DNA of 32,000 nt from assembly GCA_000025185.1 (NCBI GenBank), contig CP001848.1, positions 4,140,001 to 4,172,000 of the forward strand, in the 5' to 3' direction. Source of the stretch: Pirellula staleyi DSM 6068. Its GTDB lineage: Bacteria; Planctomycetota; Planctomycetia; Pirellulales; Pirellulaceae. Both the position numbers and the translations under genes were made by a program. Position 1 is the stretch's first letter; each line of letters starts with the position of its first letter. Positions 1 through 8,553 of the stretch are shown piece after piece. The notes under the pieces are model-generated. The model had not been told where the DNA came from, ran no database searches, and saw only the letters and a list, made by a program, of their open reading frames with translations.

Positions 1-1101
1 GCACTCTACCGAGGACAATGCAACTGTCCTTACTGGCACGGCGCGTTTGGTGGCATCTATCTGCCGCACTTACGCAACGCCATTTTTAATCAGCTGATCG
101 CCTGCGATAACCTGCTCGATCAAGCGATGGGCAAGACCGGCGCATGGGTCGAAGCCACGGTCGACGACTACAACTTCGATGCCCGCCAAGAGGTGCGACT
201 GGCCAGCGACAAGCTGATCTGTTTGCTTGCTCCAGCATCAGGCGGACAGATGTACGAACTCGATGTGCGCACGATTTGCCACAACTTGCTCGCTACGCTC
301 ACGCGACGTCCTGAAGCGTATCACCGCAAGGTGCTGGCTGGACAAAACAAAACGATCGCGCCGGAAGATAGTGTGACCGAACATCACACCACAAAGTCGG
401 CCGGACTCGCCGAAAAATTGCAGTACGACCAGTGGCAGCGCAAGAGCCTGCTCGATCACTTCTTCGATCTTGGCGCAACGCGCGAAGCTGCAGCGCGTGG
501 TGAAGCAGCTGAACTCGGGGACTTCATCAGCGGCGCTTACGAAACCAAGATCCGCCGCGCGAGCGACAAGATCCAAGTGCAGCTGACCCGCTCTGGCAAT
601 GCGTGTGGCCACGAAATCAAAATCACCAAAGCGGTGACAATGGCCGCTGGCAGCAGTTCGCTAGAAGTCGTGTATCTGCTCGAGAATCTGCCACCAGAGA
701 AGGTTTTGCACTTCGGTGTGGAACTCAATTTCGCGGGTCTGCCGAGTGGTGCCGACGATCGCTATTTCCACAATCTCTCGGGACAAAAGCTCGGCCAATT
801 GGGAACCCATCTCGATCTGCACGAAGCGGTTTCGCTCGGACTGGTCGATGAGTGGCTCGGGATCGATGTGCAAATTCAATCGAGCCGACCCACCAGCTTC
901 TGGACCTTCCCGATCGAAACGGTGAGCCAGTCGGAAGGTGGTTACGAGTCGGTCCATCAGTCCGTTTGCGTCGTTCCTCACTGGATGGTGAAGGCCGATT
1001 CGGCGGGACGCTGGACCGCGACCTTCCACATCAACGCCAGCACGAAATTGGCCGAATCCCGCATGGCCAGCAGCAACGGCCACGTGGCAGCCCACGTTTA
1101 A
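1..1101 (+). CDS. Glycoside hydrolase family 57-type alpha-glucan enzyme (amylase / 4-alpha-glucanotransferase-like), C-terminal DUF1926-like part. The 5' end lies outside the window.
   Basis: Frame 1 is open from nt 1 and continuous with ORF 127..1101. The visible N-terminal peptide ALYRGQCNCPYWHGAFGGIYLPHLRNAIFNQL matches the (Y)WHG.FGG(I/L)YLPHLR motif I associate with GH57 enzymes. Stop TAA at 1099-1101. Codon third-position GC bias is typical of the other genes here. Confidence 0.7.
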   Translation, partial: ALYRGQCNCPYWHGAFGGIYLPHLRNAIFNQLIACDNLLDQAMGKTGAWVEATVDDYNFDARQEVRLASDKLICLLAPASGGQMYELDVRTICHNLLATLTRRPEAYHRKVLAGQNKTIAPEDSVTEHHTTKSAGLAEKLQYDQWQRKSLLDHFFDLGATREAAARGEAAELGDFISGAYETKIRRASDKIQVQLTRSGNACGHEIKITKAVTMAAGSSSLEVVYLLENLPPEKVLHFGVELNFAGLPSGADDRYFHNLSGQKLGQLGTHLDLHEAVSLGLVDEWLGIDVQIQSSRPTSFWTFPIETVSQSEGGYESVHQSVCVVPHWMVKADSAGRWTATFHINASTKLAESRMASSNGHVAAHV

Positions 1102-1132
1102 GAGGCCGCTGCAAGCGCGGTGCGGTAAAGTT

Positions 1133-1768
1133 CTAGCTCAGCCGAGCGCCCCAGCGTGTGGCGATATCGGCGAGCTGGTGCCGCGCAGCTTCGAGGCCAG
1201 CGATCTTGGCTTCAGGACCAGCGAACTGCATCGGCTGAGCGCTGACGAACGTCATCTCCGATGCTCCCAGGAAGCAGAAAAGCTGCTGGAGCCAAGGGAC
1301 GAGCAGATCTTGCCCCGCCATGCTTCCGCCCTGAGCGTAATCGCCACCCCGCGACGTGATGAACAGCAGCGGGCGATCGGCGAGCAGTCCACGAATGCCA
1401 CCCGGCGACGATTCAAACGTTCGTCCACTCCGCACCACGTTATCGATGTAGGCCTTGAAGGTCGACGGCGCGGCGTAGTTGTACATCGGCATCGCAAACA
1501 CGCAGGCATGCGAAGCGAGGAGCTGATCGACCAGAAGATCCGAACGGCGAATCGATTCACGCATCTCGCGCGTGTGATCTTGCGGGGCTGTGTAGTGAGC
1601 CGCAGTTTGAATCGCCGAGACATGCGGCGGTGGATCTTGGGCAAGATCTAAATAGTCGACATCAAAGGTGGCAAGTCGCAAGCGGAGTTGGGCTACAAAA
1701 AATGCCGACAGTTCGCGCGACGTCGATCCTTCGTAACGCGCACTCGCGTCGACATGCAGTAGTCTCAT
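1133..1768 (-). CDS. azoR: FMN-dependent NADH-azoreductase / NAD(P)H quinone oxidoreductase (flavodoxin-like fold)
   Basis: Internal ATG (cat at 1766-1768) of ORF 1133..1981. The product starts MRLLHVDASARYEGSTSRELS and contains FAMPMYNYAAPSTFKAYIDNVVRSGRTF. Both match the AzoR N-terminus (MK.LhIdsSpR...S.sr.L) and the PMYNF.iPs.LKAwiD.v.raG.TF motif. The upstream 71 codons of the ORF overlap the Rrf2 gene and are not needed. Confidence 0.85.
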   Translation of the reverse strand: MRLLHVDASARYEGSTSRELSAFFVAQLRLRLATFDVDYLDLAQDPPPHVSAIQTAAHYTAPQDHTREMRESIRRSDLLVDQLLASHACVFAMPMYNYAAPSTFKAYIDNVVRSGRTFESSPGGIRGLLADRPLLFITSRGGDYAQGGSMAGQDLLVPWLQQLFCFLGASEMTFVSAQPMQFAGPEAKIAGLEAARHQLADIATRWGARLS

Positions 1769-1773
1769 AAATC

Positions 1774-2301
1774 TCAAGGTTCCGATGGTCGTCCTGAACT
1801 CACGCGTTGCTCTCGATGCTCGACAAACCAGCCAGAAGCACGCTGCAAAAACTCGGGGGGAGCTTTGCGAACGAACTCCTCTCCGAGCTGCCGCAGCGTA
1901 GTCTTTGCCAGTACATCCCGCATCGCACTCTCGGCACGTTTCATTGCGGAATTCACAGCGCACATGCTGCACGTAGCCCACTCGGGTGGATCACCGGCCA
2001 GCAGTTCGCAGCGAAAACGGATATCGCGACAGGCAAACAGGGGCTTAGGGCCCTCAATGGCGTCGACAACATCGGTCAGACTGATCTCAGCAGCCGAACG
2101 TGCCAGCAGATAGCCGCCCGTTTTACCGGGGGATGATGCCACGACTCCTGCTTGCTGTAATCGGCCCAGTACCTTTGCAACATGGGTGGGGGAAAGCCCC
2201 TGGTAAGTTGCCAGCTCATGACTACTCACCGGCTGTGTGGTTCGGAGTAGACACAAGAGGGTATGAATCCCGATCTCAACATCCGCACCGTAAAGTGCCA
2301 T
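1774..2301 (-). CDS. Rrf2-family (winged-helix) transcriptional regulator with a 4-Cys cluster
   Basis: Internal ATG (cat at 2299-2301) of ORF 1774..2499. The product is MALYGADVEIGIHTLLCLL...SSHELATYQGLSPTHVAKVLGRLQQAGVVASSPGKTGGYLLAR, a typical Rrf2 wHTH. It is followed by C-x6-C-x12-C-x2-C (FACRDIRFRC...ATCSMC). The stop lies 5 nt upstream of the azoR start, so this is a bicistron. Confidence 0.85.
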   Translation of the reverse strand: MALYGADVEIGIHTLLCLLRTTQPVSSHELATYQGLSPTHVAKVLGRLQQAGVVASSPGKTGGYLLARSAAEISLTDVVDAIEGPKPLFACRDIRFRCELLAGDPPEWATCSMCAVNSAMKRAESAMRDVLAKTTLRQLGEEFVRKAPPEFLQRASGWFVEHREQRVSSGRPSEP

Positions 2302-2310
2302 ATTAAGGAC

Positions 2311-2339
2311 AATATTTGTAGGAGTTAGAAGATAGTCAA
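2311..2339 (-). promoter_or_regulatory. Candidate sigma70-type promoter of the Rrf2-azoR unit: TTGACT-N17-AATATT, ending 9 nt before the ATG
   Basis: The minus strand reads ATTGACTATCTTCTAACTCCTACAAATATTGTCCTTAAT-ATG. The -35 is plus-strand agtcaa at 2334-2339 and the -10 is aatatt at 2311-2316, with exactly 17 nt between them. This is the only strongly AT-rich patch in the area. No Shine-Dalgarno fits between the -10 and the ATG, which suggests a leaderless or near-leaderless mRNA. Confidence 0.35.
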
Positions 2340-2564
2340 TGGAGTGCAGCAATCGTCGCTCAAAAATGCTCCAGATTGCTGCTGAAGCAATCAGTGATGC
2401 TGGATGCAATTGCCTTCTTATCGTAGATATTCGTCGAGTGCGCAGCACCAATGATCTGTGTCTAGCACGATTTTGAGCGTAGGGGGAGCTTTCGCTCACC
2501 CCGATTGTGCCACTCGACGTAAGTGTCTACCGAGAGAGGACGACGAGCCCACAGTGTAGCCCAT

Positions 2565-3377
2565 TTAGTGCGTGGGCGCTGCACCGTGGATCGAGCGTGC
2601 GGCGAAGTTGCTCCAGCGCAGATCGCGGGCAAATCGCTTGGCCCCATGTTCGACGTGCGCAAGCACGGGGGGGACGCAGCGGAGTTCGAGCTCGGCGCGA
2701 TTTCCCGGCATGCTTGGATCGAAATGCTCGGGTGGGAAGACGTCGGTCAGCACAACTCCCGCGATCGGGATCTTGTCGCACAAACTCGAAGCAGCGAGGA
2801 GAGTTTGCAGCGTTTGATTGATCACACCAACCCGGTTCGGGGCGACCACCACGATCGGAAAGCCAAACTCGCGCACGAGATCGGCAACATACTGCGTGGG
2901 TCCCATCGGCGAGAGTAGCCCGCCTGCTCCTTCGACCACGACAAACTCGCTGCGGCGAGTCCAGTACGTGAGTCCGGTGCGGAGTTTCTTTTGGTCGAGC
3001 TCTTTGTGCTCTTCGAGGGCTGCGAGGTGGGGCGACAGCGGTGCCGCAAAACGCTGCGGACAAACAGCGCTCAGCGAACCTGGTTTTCCAGCGGCGTTCC
3101 AGAGTCGCTGAGCATCTTCGCTGACGAGTGTTCGGCCACTTTTGTTACAACCGCTCGCCGCCGGTTTGTAGACGCCGACTCGATACCCTTCGGCCCGAAT
3201 CGATGCCGCAATGAGCGCTGCGACATAGGTCTTGCCCGCTCCTGTGTCGGTTCCGATCACAAAGAGCCCACGGCAATCTTCGGGGGATTGCTGCAGTGCT
3301 GCTGGGGCCTCGGCAGGGGCGTTTTTGCGAGGGTCGGGACGTTTCGAAGTAGCTGAGAGTCGCATGCCGTGAACCAT
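2565..3377 (-). CDS. bioD: ATP-dependent dethiobiotin synthetase
   Basis: LFVIGTDTGAGKTYVAALIA is the BioD P-loop (GTdT.vGKT). VYKPAASGC matches the KP.asG motif, and GAGGLLSP and the overall length fit. There is an N-terminal extension of about 35 aa. An alternative ATG at 3365 is possible. Confidence 0.85.
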   Translation of the reverse strand: MVHGMRLSATSKRPDPRKNAPAEAPAALQQSPEDCRGLFVIGTDTGAGKTYVAALIAASIRAEGYRVGVYKPAASGCNKSGRTLVSEDAQRLWNAAGKPGSLSAVCPQRFAAPLSPHLAALEEHKELDQKKLRTGLTYWTRRSEFVVVEGAGGLLSPMGPTQYVADLVREFGFPIVVVAPNRVGVINQTLQTLLAASSLCDKIPIAGVVLTDVFPPEHFDPSMPGNRAELELRCVPPVLAHVEHGAKRFARDLRWSNFAARSIHGAAPTH

Positions 3378-3600
3378 ACCGAGGGCAACCTTGGCTCACA
3401 ACGGGGCAGGGGGACAAGCTGCTGCCAGCTCGGGCAAGTTGCGTGCAGAAACAGTAACTCTTAGGCGGCTTTCCTGGCAGGAAGTTGAGCGGCGACTCGC
3501 AATTTTGCTTGAAGTGGCTCCCAGGGGGAATTAGCGTGGAAAGGAGTAGCGGTTTTGTGGGTTATCCGGCCGCAGAATCAGCACACACGTTCGTGGAGAG

Positions 3601-4122
3601 ATGGTCATGTCGACTGGTTGCCAAAAGTTGTTCTCGAAGTGCTCGAAATGGGTGATCGCCGCCGCGCTTGTCGCAGTGCTGATGGCCAGCAGTGCAGCGA
3701 CCGCTTCAGCCGCTTGGGGGGACTGCTATTTGCCGTACGGGAATCCTTACGGCTATGGCTACGGATACGGCTATCAGTATGGCGTCGGACCGAGCTATGT
3801 CCCAACGCCACCTTACTTTGCGATTCATCCACCGGTGTACTACAGCCACGTGATCAACCGTCGCTCGTATGGCAGCAGCCCGTTTGCTTATCCCGGGACG
3901 TACTCCGAGTCGGCTCCTGCAGTAGCAGCGGCTGTCGCCCCACCAGCCGAACCACTTTGGATCACCAACCCCTACTTCAAGGGCAAAACCGAAGCTGCGG
4001 TGGAGGCACCTGCCGCCGAAGCTCCTGCCGCAGAGCCAGCAGCGGCTGATCCAGCAGCGGAGACTTCGGGCATCATCCGCAACATGCCTGTTGCTGCAAT
4101 TCGCAACCCGTTTGTTCGCTAG
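3601..4122 (+). CDS. Small exported protein of unknown function: Gly/Tyr repeat, Ala/Pro/Glu-rich tail, two NP(Y/F)(F/V) motifs
   Basis: ATG is preceded by GGAGAG (3594-3599). The signal peptide is KWVIAAALVAVLMASSAATASA/AWG. It contains NPYGYGYGYGYQYG, then APAAEAPAAEPAAADPAAE. Coding-like third-position bias favours this frame over the overlapping ORF 3555..4049. Confidence 0.6.
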   Translation: MVMSTGCQKLFSKCSKWVIAAALVAVLMASSAATASAAWGDCYLPYGNPYGYGYGYGYQYGVGPSYVPTPPYFAIHPPVYYSHVINRRSYGSSPFAYPGTYSESAPAVAAAVAPPAEPLWITNPYFKGKTEAAVEAPAAEAPAAEPAAADPAAETSGIIRNMPVAAIRNPFVR

Positions 4123-4257
4123 TAGCTGCTAGCAACAAGCTCTGACCTTGCCAGTCCTTTCGGGGCTCTGTACGATCCCGCCGCGCGCGAAATTTGTCAG
4201 CCAGCACACGCTGCTGGTGCGCCGCTGTCGACCGATACGACCCGAAGGAATCTGGCC

Positions 4258-5271
4258 ATGCGATCAATCGACTCACGCTTGCCAAGGTTTGGCATGATGG
4301 TGATCGCTGCGCTGGTGCTTGTCGGCTGCCAAGGGAAAAACGTCGTCGAGCCCCCTGGAACACTGCAGCCCCCCTCGGTGCAAATGCCGGGAGATCAGTC
4401 GTACTATCCTGGTGCACCAGCGAGCCGCTCTTCCCCCACGGGAAGCGATTCGCGATGGGCCGCGGCTCCTCCTGGTCCGCTATCGATTTCAAGTTCCGCC
4501 TCGACATCTGCCGCCTTAGCGCGAGCTCGCACGTCGGTCGATCTTTCACCAGCGGGGAGTTTGTCCAGCAGTACATCCACCAGCACGACGCCAGGAACTA
4601 CCACGCCTGCAGGGATGGGTGTGGGGCCACTTGATCCAGGGACGAAAGCGCCGGTGATTCCTTTTACAACCTCGGGCGAAAGTCCGATTCGGATTGTCGA
4701 AGGACCCGCGAGCTCGACACGATTTTCGCAGACGCAGTCGCGTGGCATGCCAGCCAACGTAGCGACCAGCGCGCCACGAACCGCGCCAGTTGTGGCGAAT
4801 CCAAGTGGCACCAATTCGAGCACGACAGTGGCTTCGCTTCCTGGTCCCACTGCGCGACCTTCGTCGAACATTCCGTTCACCCCTTCGCCCGTTGCTGGTG
4901 AGCCGGGGATGGTCGAGATCTCGCAGCTTCCGCAAGCGACCACGCAGCCTCGCGTGGCACCGGCGACCATTCGCACACGAGGGATGCTCGCTCCGCCGAA
5001 CAGCACACCCGGACCTGCGGTGCCTAGTGCCCCAGCGTCTGGAACGACAGCGCCGGGTGTTCCTGGGGCACCACCTGCAGCAGCGCCAACTGGCGCACCG
5101 CCTGCTAGTAACGCGCCCGCTGTGCCGCGTTATTCAGACACGGGCGACTCCAGCAGCAGCGCGGCACTGGCGACCTATGAAGAGACGCAGCCCGCTGAAA
5201 AGCCAATTACGATTCCCGTCGCCCCCGCGACCTACGTCACACCGAGCGACGGAACCTGGGAGCGACGCTAG
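4258..5271 (+). CDS. Lipoprotein of unknown function, Pro/Ser/Thr/Ala-rich low complexity
   Basis: The N-terminus MRSIDSRLPRFGMMVIAALVLVGC/QG has a basic n-region, a hydrophobic core and an L-V-G-C lipobox. The rest is P/S/T/A-rich with no recognisable domain. The antisense ORFs (4404..5006, 4546..4935) lack any signal. Confidence 0.6.
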   Translation: MRSIDSRLPRFGMMVIAALVLVGCQGKNVVEPPGTLQPPSVQMPGDQSYYPGAPASRSSPTGSDSRWAAAPPGPLSISSSASTSAALARARTSVDLSPAGSLSSSTSTSTTPGTTTPAGMGVGPLDPGTKAPVIPFTTSGESPIRIVEGPASSTRFSQTQSRGMPANVATSAPRTAPVVANPSGTNSSTTVASLPGPTARPSSNIPFTPSPVAGEPGMVEISQLPQATTQPRVAPATIRTRGMLAPPNSTPGPAVPSAPASGTTAPGVPGAPPAAAPTGAPPASNAPAVPRYSDTGDSSSSAALATYEETQPAEKPITIPVAPATYVTPSDGTWERR

Positions 5272-5346
5272 AGACCCCAACTGGGCCAAGCGACGCCCAA
5301 CGCCGCCACGCTTTAATTCCCTGACACGGATCGATCGAAAAGCAAA

Positions 5347-8300
5347 CTACTTCTTTTCTGCGGGTTCGTCGGGATTGCCGAGATTGATGGCCGGGGGTTC
5401 GCCCAGTTCATCTTTGGAGGCTGGAACTTGAGGCCGTCCCGCTGCTGGAGCGGCTTCGGTGGCACCTTCTGAAGTGACGAGCAACGTGACCTCGCCATCT
5501 TCGGTTTTGTAGAAGACTCGGAACTCGAGGAATCCGCCGTTTTGCAGGTCTTCATAGACCTTCTTCAGCTGGGCAAACTGTGAGTTCGCTTTCTCGCTCG
5601 CTTCGATGAACTGCGTTACGCGCGCTTGCTGAATTTCCTTTTGTTCTTTGCTGAGGTCCTTGTTCTGGTTGATCAGCATTTGCTGCTGATTCCCCTGCAT
5701 TCGCATGCCGCTGATCGTCTGCTCGAGCTTCGCCATCGTCGGCTTAGCGATCCGTTCAGGCTTCGGCATCCCCTCGAGTTTGTACTGCGGCAGGGCCATC
5801 ACCGAGAGCTTCGAGCCGACCATCGAGGTGTCGATCTTGAGCCCCAGTGGCATCGAATCGTCGGAGATTCCGAGCCAGAGAGTGTCGGAGTCCTTCAGCC
5901 CTTCGAGCGCTGGTTTTTCCATCCGGTGCTTCACCCCACCAGCAGAAACTTTGGAGACGGAAACCATCACCTTTTTCGGATCGGGCGGATTGGGGATGAG
6001 CCACTTTGTGGTGGCACTTGCTTTCTCGAAGTTGGCTACGAGATTGGGTCCGCTGAGTGGTTCGCGAAGTGCGAGAACATGCGTATCGGGACCAGCGGCG
6101 AACTTGAGCGAGCAGTTGCAAAGGTTGGCCGCCATGTCGTTGCTTTTCGCCGCTTCGGCCCACTGAAACTGGAACTGCGACTGCTTCACCGAGAGGGTGG
6201 CAACCAAGGTTTTGGGACCTTCCCCTTCGATCGGAATGATGCTGATTTCCCAGTCGCGCTCGGCAGTGCCGCCATTGGCATTTTGCATGTCGAATTTCAG
6301 TTTCCCCTTCATCGCACCTTCGCCGCCTGAAAGCGACGCGAGCACCAGCGCGCTATCAGCAACGCGGCAAGGCCCCAGGTTGAGCGGAGCAGCAGCGGCG
6401 TCGGTCGGAAGCGGGGGAAGTGTGACGGAGGCTGCGAAACCTTGAAACGGTTTTTCTTTCGGTGGCTCTGGCTTAGGTGGTGGAGCAGGGGCCGGCGCGG
6501 GGGCCGGAGCTGCTTCGGGAGCGGGTGCTGGGGCTTCAGGCGCGGGGGATGGTTCGGCTGGCGTTTCAGCTGCCGGAGTTTCCGGCGTTCCTGAAGTGGT
6601 GGCTGAACCAGGGTCGGTCGCTGGCGCTGCAGGTGCTGCTTCTGCTGCAGGGGCAGCAGCAGCGGTCATCTCGGGCTCACCGCCGTCCACACTCTTGGCA
6701 GTGTCGACTGCAGCAGCCGACTCCGCTTCGGCCGGTTCCCCTTCGTCGCCACTGGTATCGCCGCTCGTGTCGCCGGTCACTCCTTCATCCGACGAAGTGT
6801 CGGTTTCTTCCCCGGCAACTTCCTGCGCGCCAGCACCTTTGGCATCGGCCACCTTCTCGGACTCATCGCTGGTCAGGAAGAGCATGACAACCAAGGCCAC
6901 GATGCCACCGAGCACCAAAACGCCGCCACCAATCGAAGCTCCCAGAATGAGTGGCAGGTTCGACTTGGCGCCCTTGGATTTGCCGGCTGGCTCGGCTGCG
7001 ACCGCCATCTGAGCACCACTATCGGCCATCACATTGCCAGCCACCGCATTGCGGCGAGCAGGTGGTTTGCGCACTGCTGGTGCTGCGGCTGCGCTCTTCA
7101 CCTCGGGAGCATTGGATTTAGCATCCGATTTAACGGGAGCGGCGCTCGCCACGGAACCAAAGCTGAATGCGGCGGAGTCGGTGGCTTCGCTGGCGGAATC
7201 GGCAGCCGCACCGAACGACAGATTCTCCCAGCCGCCACTGCTCGACGAAGCCTCGGCAGCGGGCTCGCTGTCGGTCTCTTCCATTTTGAAGGTCTGCCGG
7301 GCACTGCCGCTCTTGATAGCTGGCTTCGCGGGCGGCTTCTCTGCGGGCACTTTTTCAGCTGCTTTAGCAGCAGGCTGGGCAGCAGTTTGGGTCAATGGGC
7401 GAGCAACGGGGGGCCGACGTGGCGGTGGCGCTTTCGGTTCGGCTGGCGAAGTGCTAGCGCTGCTCACCACGGGCATGGCACCCGAGCCTGTGGCTTTGAC
7501 CGGCGGTTTGGCAGCTCCGGTTTTCACGGGGGGCTTGGCTGCAGGTGGCTTCGGGGCAGGCAGGGTGGCCTTCACCGTTTCGAGCAGCTGTTTGGCCTCG
7601 GCGAGCGACTGTGGACGCTTGTCGGCGCTCGGAGCCAGTAGCGCAACGATCGCATTTTTTAGTTCTTCCGGCAGACCTGCTTTGGCAGTGTCGATCTCGC
7701 TGCTACTCGTCAATTCCAGCGGCGGCGTTTGACCGGTTACGAGGAAATAGAGCGAACAGCCGAGGGCGTAGAGATCGCTCCGGGTATCGATATTTCCCCG
7801 CTGCTCGCGCTGCTCGGGAGCGTGGAAACTCGACGCTCGTAGCGAAGCCATTTCCGATGATTCATCGACACCGCCAGCTGCGGGGGCCGAGGTCAGCTGC
7901 GACAAACCGAGATCAAGCACGCGGAGCGTTCCCTTGGCGTCGACCAGCAAGTTCGAGGGCTTCAGATCGCCATGCACGAGGCCGTTTTTGCCAGCCGCCG
8001 CCAATCCTTCAACCACTTGCAGCGCCAAATCGACCGCCGCTGCAGGAGCAATCGGGCCGGTGGCTGTCACGCGCTTCTCGAGATCTTCGCCCTCGACATA
8101 TTCCATCACCATGTAGAACTGATCACCTTCGTGATTCACGTCGTACACGTGCGTTAAATTCCCATGCTCCACCGCTGCTAGCTTTGTGGCGTCTTGCAAA
8201 AAGCGGCTCAGCACGGCGGGCTGCGAAGTCAAACGCTTGGCAATTACCTTCAAAGCGACGCGGCGGGCCAAGGTTTCGTGTTCGGCCAGATAGGCCTTCC

Positions 8301-8553
8301 CCATCTCGCCACTTCCCAGCTGCTCGAGCAAGCGATATTTGCCCAAGGTCAGCTGAGTCACCCCTCGCAGCAGCTGATTGGCTTGCCACTTGGTCAATTT
8401 GCCATCGCGCAGTAGCGCACGGGCCAAGTCGCGCGGATCGGTAGCGTCGGTCACCTGGCCACGCATGGCAGTCAGATGGTCGGCCGGAACCAAACCCGAT
8501 TTTTGAACGGCATCGAGAAAGCCACTTGCGACAGGCACCTGAGCGGACGCCAT
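5347..8553 (-). CDS. Membrane Ser/Thr protein kinase (Hanks-type): N-terminal helical pre-domain, kinase domain, long Ala/Pro/Lys linker, one TM helix, acidic/Pro-rich linker, and a roughly 370-aa unknown C-terminal extracytoplasmic domain
   Basis: Kinase motifs present: LGSGEMGKAY (Gly loop), VALKVI (Lys), HGDLKPSNLLVD (catalytic loop), DLGLS (DFG variant), HAPEQ (APE). The TM helix is LPLILGASIGGGVLVLGGIVALVVMLFL. The ORF track starts at a TTG (8622). I prefer the first ATG at 8553 (MASAQVPVASGFLDAVQKSGLV). Confidence 0.9.
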   Translation of the reverse strand: MASAQVPVASGFLDAVQKSGLVPADHLTAMRGQVTDATDPRDLARALLRDGKLTKWQANQLLRGVTQLTLGKYRLLEQLGSGEMGKAYLAEHETLARRVALKVIAKRLTSQPAVLSRFLQDATKLAAVEHGNLTHVYDVNHEGDQFYMVMEYVEGEDLEKRVTATGPIAPAAAVDLALQVVEGLAAAGKNGLVHGDLKPSNLLVDAKGTLRVLDLGLSQLTSAPAAGGVDESSEMASLRASSFHAPEQREQRGNIDTRSDLYALGCSLYFLVTGQTPPLELTSSSEIDTAKAGLPEELKNAIVALLAPSADKRPQSLAEAKQLLETVKATLPAPKPPAAKPPVKTGAAKPPVKATGSGAMPVVSSASTSPAEPKAPPPRRPPVARPLTQTAAQPAAKAAEKVPAEKPPAKPAIKSGSARQTFKMEETDSEPAAEASSSSGGWENLSFGAAADSASEATDSAAFSFGSVASAAPVKSDAKSNAPEVKSAAAAPAVRKPPARRNAVAGNVMADSGAQMAVAAEPAGKSKGAKSNLPLILGASIGGGVLVLGGIVALVVMLFLTSDESEKVADAKGAGAQEVAGEETDTSSDEGVTGDTSGDTSGDEGEPAEAESAAAVDTAKSVDGGEPEMTAAAAPAAEAAPAAPATDPGSATTSGTPETPAAETPAEPSPAPEAPAPAPEAAPAPAPAPAPPPKPEPPKEKPFQGFAASVTLPPLPTDAAAAPLNLGPCRVADSALVLASLSGGEGAMKGKLKFDMQNANGGTAERDWEISIIPIEGEGPKTLVATLSVKQSQFQFQWAEAAKSNDMAANLCNCSLKFAAGPDTHVLALREPLSGPNLVANFEKASATTKWLIPNPPDPKKVMVSVSKVSAGGVKHRMEKPALEGLKDSDTLWLGISDDSMPLGLKIDTSMVGSKLSVMALPQYKLEGMPKPERIAKPTMAKLEQTISGMRMQGNQQQMLINQNKDLSKEQKEIQQARVTQFIEASEKANSQFAQLKKVYEDLQNGGFLEFRVFYKTEDGEVTLLVTSEGATEAAPAAGRPQVPASKDELGEPPAINLGNPDEPAEKK

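Noticed and set aside
3555-4049. 164-aa plus-strand ORF (TTG start) overlapping the small secreted protein gene in another frame
   Set aside because: The 3601..4122 frame has an ATG with an upstream GGAGAG, a textbook signal peptide and better codon bias. The 3555 frame is Arg/Cys/Ser-rich nonsense.
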